Below the pieces are notes generated by a model. The model was not told where the DNA came from and did no database searches. It was given only the letters and a program-made list of their open reading frames with translations. The position numbers and the translations under genes are program-made. From Clostridia bacterium (GTDB lineage: Bacteria; Bacillota; Peptococcia; DRI-13; UBA5745), in the NCBI GenBank assembly GCA_018434325.1, contig JAHDPO010000044.1, positions 53,711-117,710 of the forward strand: a DNA stretch of 64,000 nt. Reading direction: 5' to 3'. Below, one piece after another: positions 1-12,865 of this stretch; the stretch's first letter is position 1; each line of letters begins with the position of its first letter.

Positions 1-160
1 AGTTTTCACCAAAAAATTATTTTTAAACAAGACTATAAACGAAACCAAAATCCCTTTTGTACCGGCCCTTTCCGGCAACCGTCTTTTTAAAAAAGGCGCT
101 GGATGGACATCCGTTATCGATTTTCTAGCTTCAGTTAGCGCTTTTAACGCATAATAGAGG

Positions 161-189
161 TATTATAACATAAGTACGCTTAACAGTCT
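161..189 (-). promoter_or_regulatory. putative sigmaA promoter for a gene left of the window
   Basis: Minus strand TAGACT-17 bp-TATAAT with extended -10 TG. Confidence 0.5.
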
Positions 190-381
190 AATACAACCTC
201 AATTCAACTGTCAACGCTTGATTTCCATCATTTTCAACCTAATTTTCCCTATTTTTTTCTCTATAATCTTCCCTTTAATCTTTTTACTCTCCATTCCAAT
301 TATTGTCCCGATTATCACTTTAATTATCGTTTGAATCTTAACATTGGCTAAGAAACAGTCAAGAAACCCAACATAAACCTC

Positions 382-410
382 TTGTATTCATTGAAGGAAA
401 AGAATATAAT
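382..410 (+). promoter_or_regulatory. sigmaA promoter of the V-ATPase operon
   Basis: TTGTAT-17 bp-TATAAT, implying a ~170-nt 5' leader. Confidence 0.6.
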
Positions 411-450
411 AGTAAGTAAATCTTTTCACAAGGATAAAATAGGGGAACTA

Positions 451-587
451 TTCTCATCTATCTACGTTTCAACGAGGCAGCGGTTCCGGCTCATCGCCTG
501 CTTACGCGTTATTCGCCACCTGCCCCCGGTGGACGGTAGCCATTGCCTCGTGATCAATAAAAATTCATGGATAAGGCAGGTGAGAAC
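451..587 (+). promoter_or_regulatory. structured 5' leader, candidate cis-regulatory RNA
   Basis: Stem 472-488/534-551; inner hairpin CCACC/GGTGG; CACCTGCC (517-524) complementary to the RBS region GGCAGGTG (575-582). Confidence 0.45.
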
Positions 588-901
588 ATGTCACTGGAAG
601 CAATTAAGGTTATTGCGGCAGCTGAAACTGATGCAGAAAAACAACGGCTTGACGCTTTGGCGGAAGCCAAGCGGATCATTGCAGCAGCAGAAGCAGCCGG
701 CAAGGATGAGGTGCAGAAAGCCAAAGATGCAGCAGAATCCCAGGTGTTGAGCCTCTGTCAAGAGGCGGAGGCCCAAGGAAAAGCAGCTTTGGCCCAAGCC
801 ACTCAAGAGATCCAGGCTAATTGCCGCTCCCTTGAAGAAGGAGCAGGCGACAAGATGGATCAGGCAGTAGCGATTATTGTGGAAAGGGTAGTGAGCGGCT
901 G

Positions 902-902
<1 letters not shown>
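588..902 (+). CDS. ntpF: V/A-type ATPase peripheral stalk subunit (G/H)
   Basis: Ala/Glu/Lys-rich coiled coil, first gene of operon; start moved to ATG 588 after AGGCAGGTG. Confidence 0.8.
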
Positions 903-3354
<2,452 letters not shown>

Positions 3355-3400
3355 TGGGAAACAGCAGCCTGTGGAACCAATATGTAAGGGAGATGGTCCT

Positions 3401-4000
3401 ATGAACGGAATCGATAAAATCGCCGGCAAAATCGCTGAGGACGCCCAGAAGGAAATGGACTCCATTCTGGCCCAGGCCCGGTCGGAAGCCGCCGCCATTG
3501 CGGAAAAATACGCCGCGCAAGCCAAGGCCGAAAGCGATAAAATCCTGGCCGCCGGTCAGGAGCAAGCCAAAGAAATCCGCCGCCGGGCCGATTCTGCCGC
3601 CGATCAGGAGGCCAAGCAGCAGCTTTTGGCCACGAAGCAGAAAATGCTGGCCCGGGCCTTCGATGAGGCTTTACAAAGGCTGCTGGCTTTGCCGGCAGAG
3701 GAATACGCCGCCCTTTTAGCCGGCCTGGCTGCCAAGGCTGCCGCCAGCGGCAGCGAAGAAATCATCCTGTCGCCAAAGGACAGGGAGGCCCTGGGCCAGA
3801 AGGTACTGACCGGCGCCAACCAGCTTCTGGAGAAGGCCGGCAAAAAAGCCGCCCTGACCCTGTCTGCAGAAACGAGACCCTTTGTCGGCGGTTTATTGCT
3901 GAAATCCGGCGATGTGGAAGTAAACTGTACCCTGGACACCATCCTGCGCCTGTCAAAAGAGGATCTGGCTCTTGAGGTGGCGGCGGCGTTATTCGCGTAA
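3401..4000 (+). CDS. ntpE: V-type ATPase subunit E
   Basis: MNGIDKI N-terminus, GGLLL...VNCT C-terminus; RBS GGGAG. Confidence 0.92.
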   Translation: MNGIDKIAGKIAEDAQKEMDSILAQARSEAAAIAEKYAAQAKAESDKILAAGQEQAKEIRRRADSAADQEAKQQLLATKQKMLARAFDEALQRLLALPAEEYAALLAGLAAKAAASGSEEIILSPKDREALGQKVLTGANQLLEKAGKKAALTLSAETRPFVGGLLLKSGDVEVNCTLDTILRLSKEDLALEVAAALFA

Positions 4001-4026
4001 ACGCTGTTTGCGCAAAGCGGAAGGAA

Positions 4027-5040
4027 GTGCGTAACTTGGCGAAACATACGATAAAGGATACCGATTATTTGTATGCCAGCGCACGTATCAAAAGCATGGA
4101 AAAAAACTTGCTGTCCCGGGATAAGCTGGAGCGTATGAGCGAGGCCAAAACCCTGGAAGATGCTCTGAAGCTGCTGGGAGAGTCCGGCTGGCCGGAAATC
4201 GCCAGCCCCACCATGGCAGCTGTTGAAGAGGTCTTGGCAAGCCGCCGCAGTGAAGCCTTTGCATTGGTACGAAGCCTGGCGCCGGATAAGCGGCTGCCCG
4301 ATGTATTTCTGATTAAGTACGATTACCACAATTTAAAGGTCTTGTTAAAAAGCGAGGTTACCGGTGAAAATGCCGACGCTTTATTGATCGATGCCGGCCG
4401 GTTTTCCTGCCGCCAGCTGAAAACCATGCTGGCCGAGGATAGCTTCTCCGCCATGAACAAAAACATGGCCCAAAGCATCGAGGAGGCCAGGGATGTACTG
4501 GCCCGCACCCAGGATCCTCAGCTTTTGGATCTGATCCTGGATAAAGCCATGTTTGCCGACATGCTGGAAATGGCGGATGCTCTTGGCCTGCGCTACCTTC
4601 GCAATTATGTGATCCTGATGATTGACAGCGTCAATCTGCGGCTGACTGTGCGCTTACGGCGAATGGGCAAGGGCCTGGAGGTGCTGCGCTATGCTTTGAT
4701 TCCCGGCGGTGACATCGCTATTTCCCGGCTTTTAGGAGACGTGACCCCTGATATCATCGAAAATGTTTATCACACTTCTCCTTTGGCTGCGGCAGCTCAA
4801 GCCGGGGCTCAGGCTCTTCGGGGCGAGGCTTCTTTATCCGCTGTGGATTTGGCCTGCGACGACGTCCTGCTGAATTATCTAAAAAGCGCGAGATATATAG
4901 CCTTTGGCGCCGAACCCCTCATCGGTTATCTGGCGGCGGTGGAAGCGGAGCTGACGGCGGTGCGGACGGTAATCACCGGCCGGCTGGCAGGTCTGGCCCC
5001 GGAAATGATTACGGAAAGGCTGAGGGAAACTTATGTATAA
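4027..5040 (+). CDS. ntpC: V-type ATPase subunit C (d)
   Basis: YASARIK, YDYHNLKVLLK, ERLRETYV; start may be TTG 4036. Confidence 0.93.
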   Translation: MRNLAKHTIKDTDYLYASARIKSMEKNLLSRDKLERMSEAKTLEDALKLLGESGWPEIASPTMAAVEEVLASRRSEAFALVRSLAPDKRLPDVFLIKYDYHNLKVLLKSEVTGENADALLIDAGRFSCRQLKTMLAEDSFSAMNKNMAQSIEEARDVLARTQDPQLLDLILDKAMFADMLEMADALGLRYLRNYVILMIDSVNLRLTVRLRRMGKGLEVLRYALIPGGDIAISRLLGDVTPDIIENVYHTSPLAAAAQAGAQALRGEASLSAVDLACDDVLLNYLKSARYIAFGAEPLIGYLAAVEAELTAVRTVITGRLAGLAPEMITERLRETYV

Positions 5041-5350
5041 GATTGCTGTTATCGGCGACCGGGACAGTGCCCTCGGTTTTAAAGCCTTAGGTCTGGAAAC
5101 GATTTTTGCCGACACTCCTGAAGAAGCTAAGGCAGCCATTCACCGCCTGGCGGCGGAGGATTGCGCCGTGATCTATCTGACAGAGCAGCTGGCCCAGGAA
5201 ATTCCCGGCGATATTGACCGCTATGCCAATGCCGTCCGGCCTGCCATCATCCTGATCCCCGGCAAAACCGGTTCTTTGGGCATCGGTATTGAAAATGTTA
5301 ACAAGGCTGTAGAAAAAGCCGTGGGCTCCAATATATTAAAGAACGAATAG
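5033..5350 (+). CDS. ntpG: V-type ATPase subunit F
   Basis: KIAVIGDRDSALGFKALG...VEKAVG. Confidence 0.94.
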   Translation: MYKIAVIGDRDSALGFKALGLETIFADTPEEAKAAIHRLAAEDCAVIYLTEQLAQEIPGDIDRYANAVRPAIILIPGKTGSLGIGIENVNKAVEKAVGSNILKNE

Positions 5351-5365
5351 GTGGGTGATAACGAT

Positions 5366-7141
5366 ATGCAAACAGGCAGAATACTCAAGGTGGCCGGTCC
5401 GCTGATCACTGCCACAGGCCTGAAAGACGCCAATATGTTTGACGTGGTTCATGTGGGCAGCCAAAAGCTGATCGGTGAAATCCTGGAAATGCGCGGCGAT
5501 CAGGCCGCCATCCAGGTATATGAAGAAACTGCCGGTATTGGCCCCGGCGACGTGGTAGCCACCACCGGTTTTCCTCTGTCCGTGGAATTGGGCCCCGGCA
5601 TGATCGAAACCATTTATGACGGCATCCAGAGACCTCTGGAAGCCATCCGGGCAATAGCCGGTTCCAACATCACCAGAGGCATCCAGGTGCCCCCCATCAG
5701 CTACACCAAGCTGTGGAAGTTTGAGCCGACGGTACAGGCCGGCGCCAAAGTGGTGGGCGGCGACATTATCGGCGAGGTTCAGGAAACCACGATCATACGC
5801 CATAAGGTGATGGTTCCCCCCAAAATGGCCGGCACCATCAAGGAAATTAAGGAAGGGGAGTTTACGGTTAAAGATACCGTGGCCACTTTGACCTTGGCCG
5901 ACGGTTCGGAAGCCCCCTTGACGATGATGCAAAAATGGCCCGTCCGTGTAGGCCGTCCCTACAAGGAAAAGCTGCCTCCCAATGTGCCGATGAATACAGG
6001 CCAGCGGGTCATCGATACTTTATTCCCCATCGCCAAAGGCGGCACCGCCGCTGTTCCCGGCCCCTTCGGCTCCGGCAAGACCGTAGTGCAGCATCAGCTG
6101 GCCAAGTGGTCCGACGTGGAGATTGTGGTCTACATCGGCTGCGGCGAGCGGGGCAATGAAATGACCGACGTGCTGCGGGAATTTCCGGAGCTGAAAGACC
6201 CCCGTACCGGCGAAAGCTTAATGAAGCGTACAGTTTTGATCGCCAACACCTCCGACATGCCGGTGGCAGCCCGGGAGGCTTCCGTTTATACCGGTATTAC
6301 CATCGCCGAATACTTCCGGGATATGGGCTATTCCGTAGCCGTAATCGCCGACTCCACTTCCCGCTGGGCCGAGGCATTGCGTGAAATGTCCGGCCGCTTG
6401 GAAGAGATGCCCGGTGAGGAAGGCTATCCCGCCTACCTGTCCTCCCGTCTGGCTCAGTTCTATGAACGGGCCGGCTACGTCCGTTGCCTGGGCAGCGATG
6501 ACCGCCGGGCCGCCTTGAGCGCCATCGGCGCCGTTTCACCCCCCGGCGGCGATATCTCCGAGCCTGTTTCCCAGGCTACCTTGCGTATTGTTAAGGTTTT
6601 CTGGGGCTTGGACGCCAGTTTGGCTTATGCCCGTCATTTTCCGGCCATCAACTGGCTGAACAGCTATTCCCTGTATGAAGACCGGCTGGCCGGTTGGTTT
6701 AACGAAAACGTCCACAAAGACTTTATGGCGCAGCGGGGCGAAACCATGCGGCTGCTGCAGCAGGAAAGCGAGCTCAATGAAATCGTCCGTCTGGTCGGTA
6801 TCGACGCTTTATCAGCTCAGGACCGTCTGACCATGGAAACGGCCAGGATGATCCGAGAAGACTTCCTCCAGCAAAACGCCTTTGTGGATACCGATGCTTA
6901 TACTCCCTTCGGCAAGCAGTTCGGCCTCCTCCATATGATCCTGGACTACCATCGTCAGGGCAAGGCCGCTTTGGCTGCCGGCGCCGATATGAACGGACTC
7001 TTTTCCATCCCTGCCCGGGATAAGATCAGCCGGGCCAAAGACGTGGATCAGGCCGAATATGAGAAGATCTACGGCTTTATCATGGAAGAGATGACAGCTC
7101 AGATCGACGCTCTCATCGAAGCAGGAGGTGACGCCCAGTGA
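5366..7141 (+). CDS. ntpA: V-type ATPase subunit A
   Basis: Walker [26 protein letters not shown]. Confidence 0.98.
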   Translation: MQTGRILKVAGPLITATGLKDANMFDVVHVGSQKLIGEILEMRGDQAAIQVYEETAGIGPGDVVATTGFPLSVELGPGMIETIYDGIQRPLEAIRAIAGSNITRGIQVPPISYTKLWKFEPTVQAGAKVVGGDIIGEVQETTIIRHKVMVPPKMAGTIKEIKEGEFTVKDTVATLTLADGSEAPLTMMQKWPVRVGRPYKEKLPPNVPMNTGQRVIDTLFPIAKGGTAAVPGPFGSGKTVVQHQLAKWSDVEIVVYIGCGERGNEMTDVLREFPELKDPRTGESLMKRTVLIANTSDMPVAAREASVYTGITIAEYFRDMGYSVAVIADSTSRWAEALREMSGRLEEMPGEEGYPAYLSSRLAQFYERAGYVRCLGSDDRRAALSAIGAVSPPGGDISEPVSQATLRIVKVFWGLDASLAYARHFPAINWLNSYSLYEDRLAGWFNENVHKDFMAQRGETMRLLQQESELNEIVRLVGIDALSAQDRLTMETARMIREDFLQQNAFVDTDAYTPFGKQFGLLHMILDYHRQGKAALAAGADMNGLFSIPARDKISRAKDVDQAEYEKIYGFIMEEMTAQIDALIEAGGDAQ

Positions 7142-8514
7142 TTAAAGAATATCGTACTATACAGGAAGTAGCCGGTCCCCTGATGCTGATCAGGGACGTG
7201 GAAAACGTCACCTACGACGAATTAGGGGAAATCCAGCTGCAAAACGGCGAAACCCGCCGCTGCCGGGTTCTGGAAATCAACGGCAGCAACGCCTTGGTTC
7301 AGCTTTTTGAAAGCTCCTCCGGCATCAATCTGGCCGGCTCCAAGGTGCGTTTTCTGGGCCACGGCATCGAGCTGGCCGTTTCCGGCGATATGCTGGGCCG
7401 GGTTTTTGACGGCATGGGCAACCCCATTGACGGCGGTCCGGAAATTCTGGCCGAAAAGAAAATGGATATCAACGGCCTGCCCACCAACCCCGCCGCCCGC
7501 GACTATCCCAACGAGTTTATTCAGACAGGTATTTCCGCCATCGACGGCTTAAACACCCTGGTTCGCGGCCAGAAGCTGCCGGTATTCTCCGGCTCCGGTC
7601 TGCCCCACGCCAATCTGGGCGCTCAGATCGCCCGTCAGGCCAAGGTGCTGTCCGGGGATTCCAAGTTTGCCGTTGTCTTTGCCGCCGTCGGCATCACCTT
7701 TGAAGAAGCCGATTTTTTCATCTCCGACTTCAAACGTACCGGCGCTATCGACCGTACCGTATTGTTCATGAACCTGGCCAACGACCCGGCCATCGAGCGT
7801 ATCGCCACCCCCCGTATGGCTTTGACTGCCGCGGAGTATTTGGCTTACGAAAAGAAGATGCAGGTGCTGGTCATCATCACCGATATTACCAACTACGCCG
7901 AGGCTCTGCGTGAGGTTTCCGCCGCCCGCAAAGAAGTACCGGGCCGCCGGGGCTATCCGGGTTACCTCTACACCGACTTGGCCACCATGTACGAAAGAGC
8001 CGGCCGCCGCCTGGACAACGAGGGCTCCATTACCATGATCCCCATCCTGTCCATGCCGGAAGACGATAAGACCCATCCCATTCCCGACCTTACCGGCTAC
8101 ATTACCGAAGGTCAGATCATCCTCTCCCGGGAGCTTTACCGCAAGGGCCTGACGCCGCCCATCGACGTGCTGCCTTCTCTGTCCCGTTTGAAGGACAAAG
8201 GCATCGGCGCCGGCAAGACCAGGGAAGACCATGCCGGCACCATGAACCAGCTGTTTGCGGCTTACGCCAAGGGCAAGGACGCCAAAGAGCTGATGACCAT
8301 TTTAGGTGAAGCGGCTCTGACGGAAGTGGACAAAAAGTACGCTCAATTTGCCGAGGCTTTTGAAAGACGCTACGTTTCCCAGGGCTATGATACCAACCGC
8401 ACCATCGAGGAGACGTTGGATCTAGGCTGGGAACTGCTGACCATCCTGCCGAAAAACGAACTGAAGCGTATTAAGCCGGAGATCATCGAAAAATACTGGC
8501 CCATCAAAGATTAA
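7138..8514 (+). CDS. ntpB: V-type ATPase subunit B
   Basis: [27 protein letters not shown]; GTG start. Confidence 0.98.
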   Translation: MIKEYRTIQEVAGPLMLIRDVENVTYDELGEIQLQNGETRRCRVLEINGSNALVQLFESSSGINLAGSKVRFLGHGIELAVSGDMLGRVFDGMGNPIDGGPEILAEKKMDINGLPTNPAARDYPNEFIQTGISAIDGLNTLVRGQKLPVFSGSGLPHANLGAQIARQAKVLSGDSKFAVVFAAVGITFEEADFFISDFKRTGAIDRTVLFMNLANDPAIERIATPRMALTAAEYLAYEKKMQVLVIITDITNYAEALREVSAARKEVPGRRGYPGYLYTDLATMYERAGRRLDNEGSITMIPILSMPEDDKTHPIPDLTGYITEGQIILSRELYRKGLTPPIDVLPSLSRLKDKGIGAGKTREDHAGTMNQLFAAYAKGKDAKELMTILGEAALTEVDKKYAQFAEAFERRYVSQGYDTNRTIEETLDLGWELLTILPKNELKRIKPEIIEKYWPIKD

Positions 8515-8527
8515 GGAGGGGTTTTAA

Positions 8528-9235
8528 ATGGCGCGCCTTAATGTGAACCCCACCCGGATGGAGCAAACCCGGTTAAAACGGCGGCTGGCCACGGCTAAAC
8601 GCGGCCATAAGCTTTTGAAGGATAAACGGGATGAGCTGATGCGGCAGTTTTTGGAGATTGTCCGCCACAACCTGCAGCTCCGCAAAAAAGTGGAGGGGGC
8701 CCTGAGCAAAGCACACCGCAGCTTCACCATTGCCAGCGCCGTCATGTCGCCGGAGATGCTGGAGGAAGCGTTGATGTATCCCAAGCAAAGCGTGGCTCTG
8801 GAACTGTCCACCAAAAACATCATGTCCGTCAACGTGCCGGTCTATCAGTTTAAGATGAAAAGCGATGATCCGGCCGAGATTTTTCCCTACGGCTTTGCCA
8901 CCACCTCCGGGGAACTGGACGACGCCGTCCTGGCTTTATCCCAAACCCTTCAGGATATGCTGGAGCTGGCCCAGTCGGAGAAGACTGCCCAAATGCTGGC
9001 CCAGGAAATCGAGAAGACCCGACGCCGGGTCAACGCTCTGGAATACGTGATGATTCCCCAGCTGGTGGAGACCATCAAGTACATCCGGATGAAGCTGGAG
9101 GAAAATGAGCGAGGCAACACTTCCCGGCTCATGAAGGTGAAGGATATGATGCTGGAAGAACAGCGTCAGAAAAATATCCGGCAGGACCAGGAAGCTTACG
9201 AAGCTCACTGCCTCAACTTTGAACCAAAGCAATAG
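8528..9235 (+). CDS. ntpD: V-type ATPase subunit D
   Basis: [24 protein letters not shown]. Confidence 0.97.
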   Translation: MARLNVNPTRMEQTRLKRRLATAKRGHKLLKDKRDELMRQFLEIVRHNLQLRKKVEGALSKAHRSFTIASAVMSPEMLEEALMYPKQSVALELSTKNIMSVNVPVYQFKMKSDDPAEIFPYGFATTSGELDDAVLALSQTLQDMLELAQSEKTAQMLAQEIEKTRRRVNALEYVMIPQLVETIKYIRMKLEENERGNTSRLMKVKDMMLEEQRQKNIRQDQEAYEAHCLNFEPKQ

Positions 9236-9314
9236 GCAGGAAAATAACCAGATAAATACCCCGGCCGATACCCGGTATCCGCCAGCTGATTTAACATCAC
9301 CGCTAAAAAGACCA

Positions 9315-9345
9315 GGAGCTGTCTCAAATGAGACAGCTCCCTTTT
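9315..9345. terminator. palindrome GGAGCTGTCTCA-aa-TGAGACAGCTCC; likely operon terminator, resembles fused IS ends
   Basis: Perfect 12-bp stem followed by CTTTT; related palindrome at 48561-48605. Confidence 0.6.
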
Positions 9346-9367
9346 ATTACGCGTTGCTCCCCGATTT

Positions 9368-9589
9368 TGTTCAATTTTTTCGGTTGTGTGGCGATCTTCG
9401 CCACAGCCTGTGCAAATTTTTCGCTTGTGGGTGAATTGCCGCCCTCGAAATGCTGTTTAGTCGCCAATTCTGTGCGTTTTTTTCGGTTGTGTCTGGATTT
9501 AAGGCTGAATCAGGCTTGCATTTTACATACAAACGCAATTTTTGCTCACCCAACCCTGTGACTTTACCTACAGACGCAATTTTTGCACA
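9368..9589. repeat. dispersed repeat family C, copy 1 (five ~20-bp boxes: 3 forward, 2 reverse)
   Basis: Boxes at 9368, 9409, 9471 and reverse at 9529, 9570; homologous to 42298-42520. Confidence 0.8.
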
Positions 9590-9671
9590 AGGGGGCAGGG
9601 AATACGGGCCGGACAACGCCGCACAGCGCAGGTCAGCGCTGGGTACCGCCACCGGCGGCACCCACTATCCC

Positions 9672-10544
9672 TTATTTCTTTTTAGCGGCAGCCTTCTTGG
9701 GCTTGCTCTGCCTCAAGGTAAACTTGCCGATGGGCTTGGCCGGTTTTGCCGGGGCCGGGGCGGCTTCCCCATCCTTATTGCGTATATAAGTATGCTTGAC
9801 GCTGGGGTTATTGGTAGCCCGGTGCTCAATATCGAAGGCCCCCAGGGATTTAACGAACTGGGTCAGCTTGGGATAGCCGTAGTTGCGGGAGTCAAAGTCC
9901 GGCTGCTGTTTATTGAGGACGCTGCCTACCATACCCAGGAAAGCCCAGCCATCCTCTTCCGAGGTATCTTCCACGATTTTTTTGATAACCTTAATGATCT
10001 CCTCGCGGCTGGCAATATTGGATTGGGGGACGGCTTCCGCCAAAGCCGAGCTTTTGTTTTCTTTAGCTCCGCCGCCGGCTTCCTCTTCGTCCGCCGCCAA
10101 TATGCCGTCGGAAACCAGCACCTCTAAATACTTGAACACCTCGCAGGCGGAGATAAAAGGCTGGGGCGTCTTTTTCTCCCCCATACCGATGACCTGCCTG
10201 CCGGCTTCCCGCAGCCGGGCCGCCAATCTGGTGAAGTCGCTGTCGCTGGAAACGATGCAAAAGCTGTCCACATGACCCGTATACAAAATATCCATGGCAT
10301 CGATGATCAGGGCAGAGTCGGTGGCGTTCTTGCCGCTGGTGTAGCTATATTGCTGCACCGGGGTGATCGAGTACGTCAAAAGCAGGCTTTTCCAGCTGCC
10401 CATCTCCGGCTTCGTCCAATCGCTGTAAATCCTCTTATAAGTGGGTATGCCGTATTTCGACAGCTCGTTCAAAATCGGCTTAATGTATTTGTAGGATACA
10501 TTGTCGGCGTCGATCAGTACGGCGATCCTTTTTTCAATATCCAT
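9672..10544 (-). CDS. NYN (LabA/DUF88) domain protein with OST-HTH/LOTUS domain
   Basis: IDADN, GKNATD, SSDSDF, PDFDSRNYGY; start at ATG 10544 after GGAGG. Confidence 0.92.
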   Translation of the reverse strand: MDIEKRIAVLIDADNVSYKYIKPILNELSKYGIPTYKRIYSDWTKPEMGSWKSLLLTYSITPVQQYSYTSGKNATDSALIIDAMDILYTGHVDSFCIVSSDSDFTRLAARLREAGRQVIGMGEKKTPQPFISACEVFKYLEVLVSDGILAADEEEAGGGAKENKSSALAEAVPQSNIASREEIIKVIKKIVEDTSEEDGWAFLGMVGSVLNKQQPDFDSRNYGYPKLTQFVKSLGAFDIEHRATNNPSVKHTYIRNKDGEAAPAPAKPAKPIGKFTLRQSKPKKAAAKKK

Positions 10545-10668
10545 AATTCCTCCTTGGCCATTGCAATTTTTGCACATTTCAATTAACCTAAATGATATAG
10601 CCTTTGCTCCCAAAATACAAGCAGGGAGTTTCGACTGATTCTCTTATCGATAAATTGGAGGTAGCGCC

Positions 10669-11538
10669 ATGTTCTATGAAGGTACCGTATACCGGCCTCC
10701 CAGCGAGGCTTACAGTCTGATCATCCAGCTGACCATCGGCTGCGCCCGCAATAATTGCACCTTTTGTTCGATGTATAAGGATAAAAGCTTTCGCATCCGG
10801 CCTCTGGATGAGGTGCTGCAGGATTTTTATTATATCAAAGAAAAAAGCGGCCAGCCCGTAAAGCGTATCTTCCTGGCCGACGGCGACGCTCTGATCGTTA
10901 AAACCGCCGACCTGCTGCAAGTGCTGAAGGCTGCCAAAACCATTTTTCCGGAATGCCAGCGGATCACTATTTATGGCGCTCCCGCCGATGTGCTGGCCAA
11001 AAGCGTCGAAGAGCTAAGGTCCTTGCGGCAGGCCGGCCTGGAAATGGTCTATATCGGCGCTGAGTCCGGCGACGACCATGTGCTGCTTGATGTGCAAAAA
11101 GGGGCTGCCGCCGCGGAAATCATTGAAGCGGGCCTTCGCTTAAAGGCTGCCGGCATCAAGGTCTCCCTGACGCTGATCTCCGGCCTGGGCGGCCAAAAAC
11201 GCCTGCGGGAGCATGCGGTAAACTCAGCCAAATTGGTCAGCGCCATTAAGCCGGAATACGTGGGCCTTTTGACCCTGATGATCCATGAGGGCACGCCTTT
11301 GGCCGAGGCTATTGCCAACGGCAGCTTCACGCTGCTGACCCCCCGGGAGGTTCTGGAAGAAACCCGCTTATTCCTGTCGGAGGTGGACAGCGAAGGCACC
11401 GTGCTCCGTTCTAATCACGCCTCCAACTACGTCACGCTGGCCGGCACCCTCAATGCCGACCGGCAGCGGCTGCTGGCCCAGCTGGAGGCAGCAAGCAGCC
11501 AAAACAGCTTCCGGCCGGAAGGCTACCGGGGTTTTTAA
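10669..11538 (+). CDS. radical SAM protein
   Basis: YRPPSEA, CARNNCTFC (CxxxxCxxC), SNHASNY. Confidence 0.9.
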   Translation: MFYEGTVYRPPSEAYSLIIQLTIGCARNNCTFCSMYKDKSFRIRPLDEVLQDFYYIKEKSGQPVKRIFLADGDALIVKTADLLQVLKAAKTIFPECQRITIYGAPADVLAKSVEELRSLRQAGLEMVYIGAESGDDHVLLDVQKGAAAAEIIEAGLRLKAAGIKVSLTLISGLGGQKRLREHAVNSAKLVSAIKPEYVGLLTLMIHEGTPLAEAIANGSFTLLTPREVLEETRLFLSEVDSEGTVLRSNHASNYVTLAGTLNADRQRLLAQLEAASSQNSFRPEGYRGF

Positions 11539-11540
11539 TA

Positions 11541-11948
11541 ATGAAAGACAGGCTAAACTCCGGCATTGGCTTTGGAAGCGCTGCCAGCTGCCCCGACTCG
11601 GCAGACGCCGCAAATGATGCAGACGCCGCAGATACTGCAAGCACCGGCGGCTTTTTTCGGCAGGTCTACGCTATCGTCGGCCAAATCCCTGCCGGCAGGG
11701 TGGCCACTTACGGCCAAATCGCCGCCCTCCTGGGCCGCCCCCTGGCTGCCAAAATGGTGGGCTTTGCCATGAGCCAGGCGCCGGCCGGCCTGCCATGCCA
11801 CCGGGTGGTCAACCGCCTGGGTGAAATGGCCCCCCGTGACATTTTTGGCAGCCCTGCCTTCCAGCAACGGCTGCTGGAGGATGAAGGCATTGTTTTTTTG
11901 CCTAACGGCCGCATCGACATGAAAAAGTGCTTGTGGGATCCGCGATAG
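11541..11948 (+). CDS. MGMT/alkyltransferase-family protein
   Basis: IPAGRVATYGQIA, PCHRVV; low-complexity N-terminus. Confidence 0.88.
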   Translation: MKDRLNSGIGFGSAASCPDSADAANDADAADTASTGGFFRQVYAIVGQIPAGRVATYGQIAALLGRPLAAKMVGFAMSQAPAGLPCHRVVNRLGEMAPRDIFGSPAFQQRLLEDEGIVFLPNGRIDMKKCLWDPR

Positions 11949-11974
11949 GCGGCTTCCGCTATGGTCTGCTTTCG

Positions 11975-12805
11975 TTATTGGGTTTGCGCTTCATGCTCCG
12001 GCAGCAGCGGATTATACATCATCAAGCTATGATTCTCCGTAATGTACTGATCCTCCACCAGATTGCCCGCTTCGTCAAAAATCCTTCTGCGCAGCACGTT
12101 ATGCCGGCTGTAGCCGCCCCAAAACTCCTGCTCTATCCGGTGCTCCCCTTCATATACCTCATACTTGTATTTATTCTCCGCCGCCGAAACCCAGCGGCCC
12201 TCCAAATGATCCTCCGTCACCTCGACAAGCAATTGAAAAGGATGAACGGTATCATTGCGGATGATCAGATCCAGGTAATTGTAATGGCAGGTGGCGCCGC
12301 TGCCAAAAGGCTGCCGGCGGTCGACGTCGGGAAATACGTCGTAGCTGTGGCGGTGGCGCTCCACTACCGTCAAAGGGGTATGAAGGGTCATCCAATAAAT
12401 CAAATTGGAAAGCTGGCAAAGACCGCCGCCGATACCCGGTTGAAAGCCGCCGTTTTTCAATATCATGCCCGGCAGATAGCCTTTACGCCGGCTGGGCCTG
12501 CCGATCAAACGCCAATAAGAAAAGGTTTCGCCAGGATAAAGAATCACCTGGTTAACCTTTTCTACAGCGATTTTTAAGTTGGTAATTTTATTATGCTGAA
12601 GGTACATCTCCACGTCCTTTAGCTGCCGCAAAAGAGGAGTGGCGTGGTAAACCCAGGGCTGCCCCGGAATCAATTGCTTATGTTGTTCGGCAAATTTATA
12701 TCTGCCGGACCACCAAACCAAATAGCGCCGCAGACAATAATAAGCTGATCCCACGATCACCCTTAATTTACTGCGGCGCCGGCTTTTTAGCAGGGTTTTT
12801 TCCAT
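11975..12805 (-). CDS. VanW family protein
   Basis: PGETFS, GGGLCQLS, ERHRHS. Confidence 0.9.
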   Translation of the reverse strand: MEKTLLKSRRRSKLRVIVGSAYYCLRRYLVWWSGRYKFAEQHKQLIPGQPWVYHATPLLRQLKDVEMYLQHNKITNLKIAVEKVNQVILYPGETFSYWRLIGRPSRRKGYLPGMILKNGGFQPGIGGGLCQLSNLIYWMTLHTPLTVVERHRHSYDVFPDVDRRQPFGSGATCHYNYLDLIIRNDTVHPFQLLVEVTEDHLEGRWVSAAENKYKYEVYEGEHRIEQEFWGGYSRHNVLRRRIFDEAGNLVEDQYITENHSLMMYNPLLPEHEAQTQ

Positions 12806-12865
12806 GAAGGGAACACCTCAGCTTTCTGCCCTCAATTATACCATAATAAGGGAGGGCCGTCAGCC

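Noticed and set aside
40-150. Riboswitch in the leftward leader at the window start
   Set aside because: Only short hairpins, no recognised aptamer; downstream gene is outside the window
9368-9589. Family C as a CRISPR array
   Set aside because: Boxes are degenerate, in both orientations and unevenly spaced; no cas genes in the window
9219-10275. ORFs 9219-9434, 9328-9561, 9371-9661, 9450-10127
   Set aside because: They run through repeats or antisense to the NYN gene; no protein-like features
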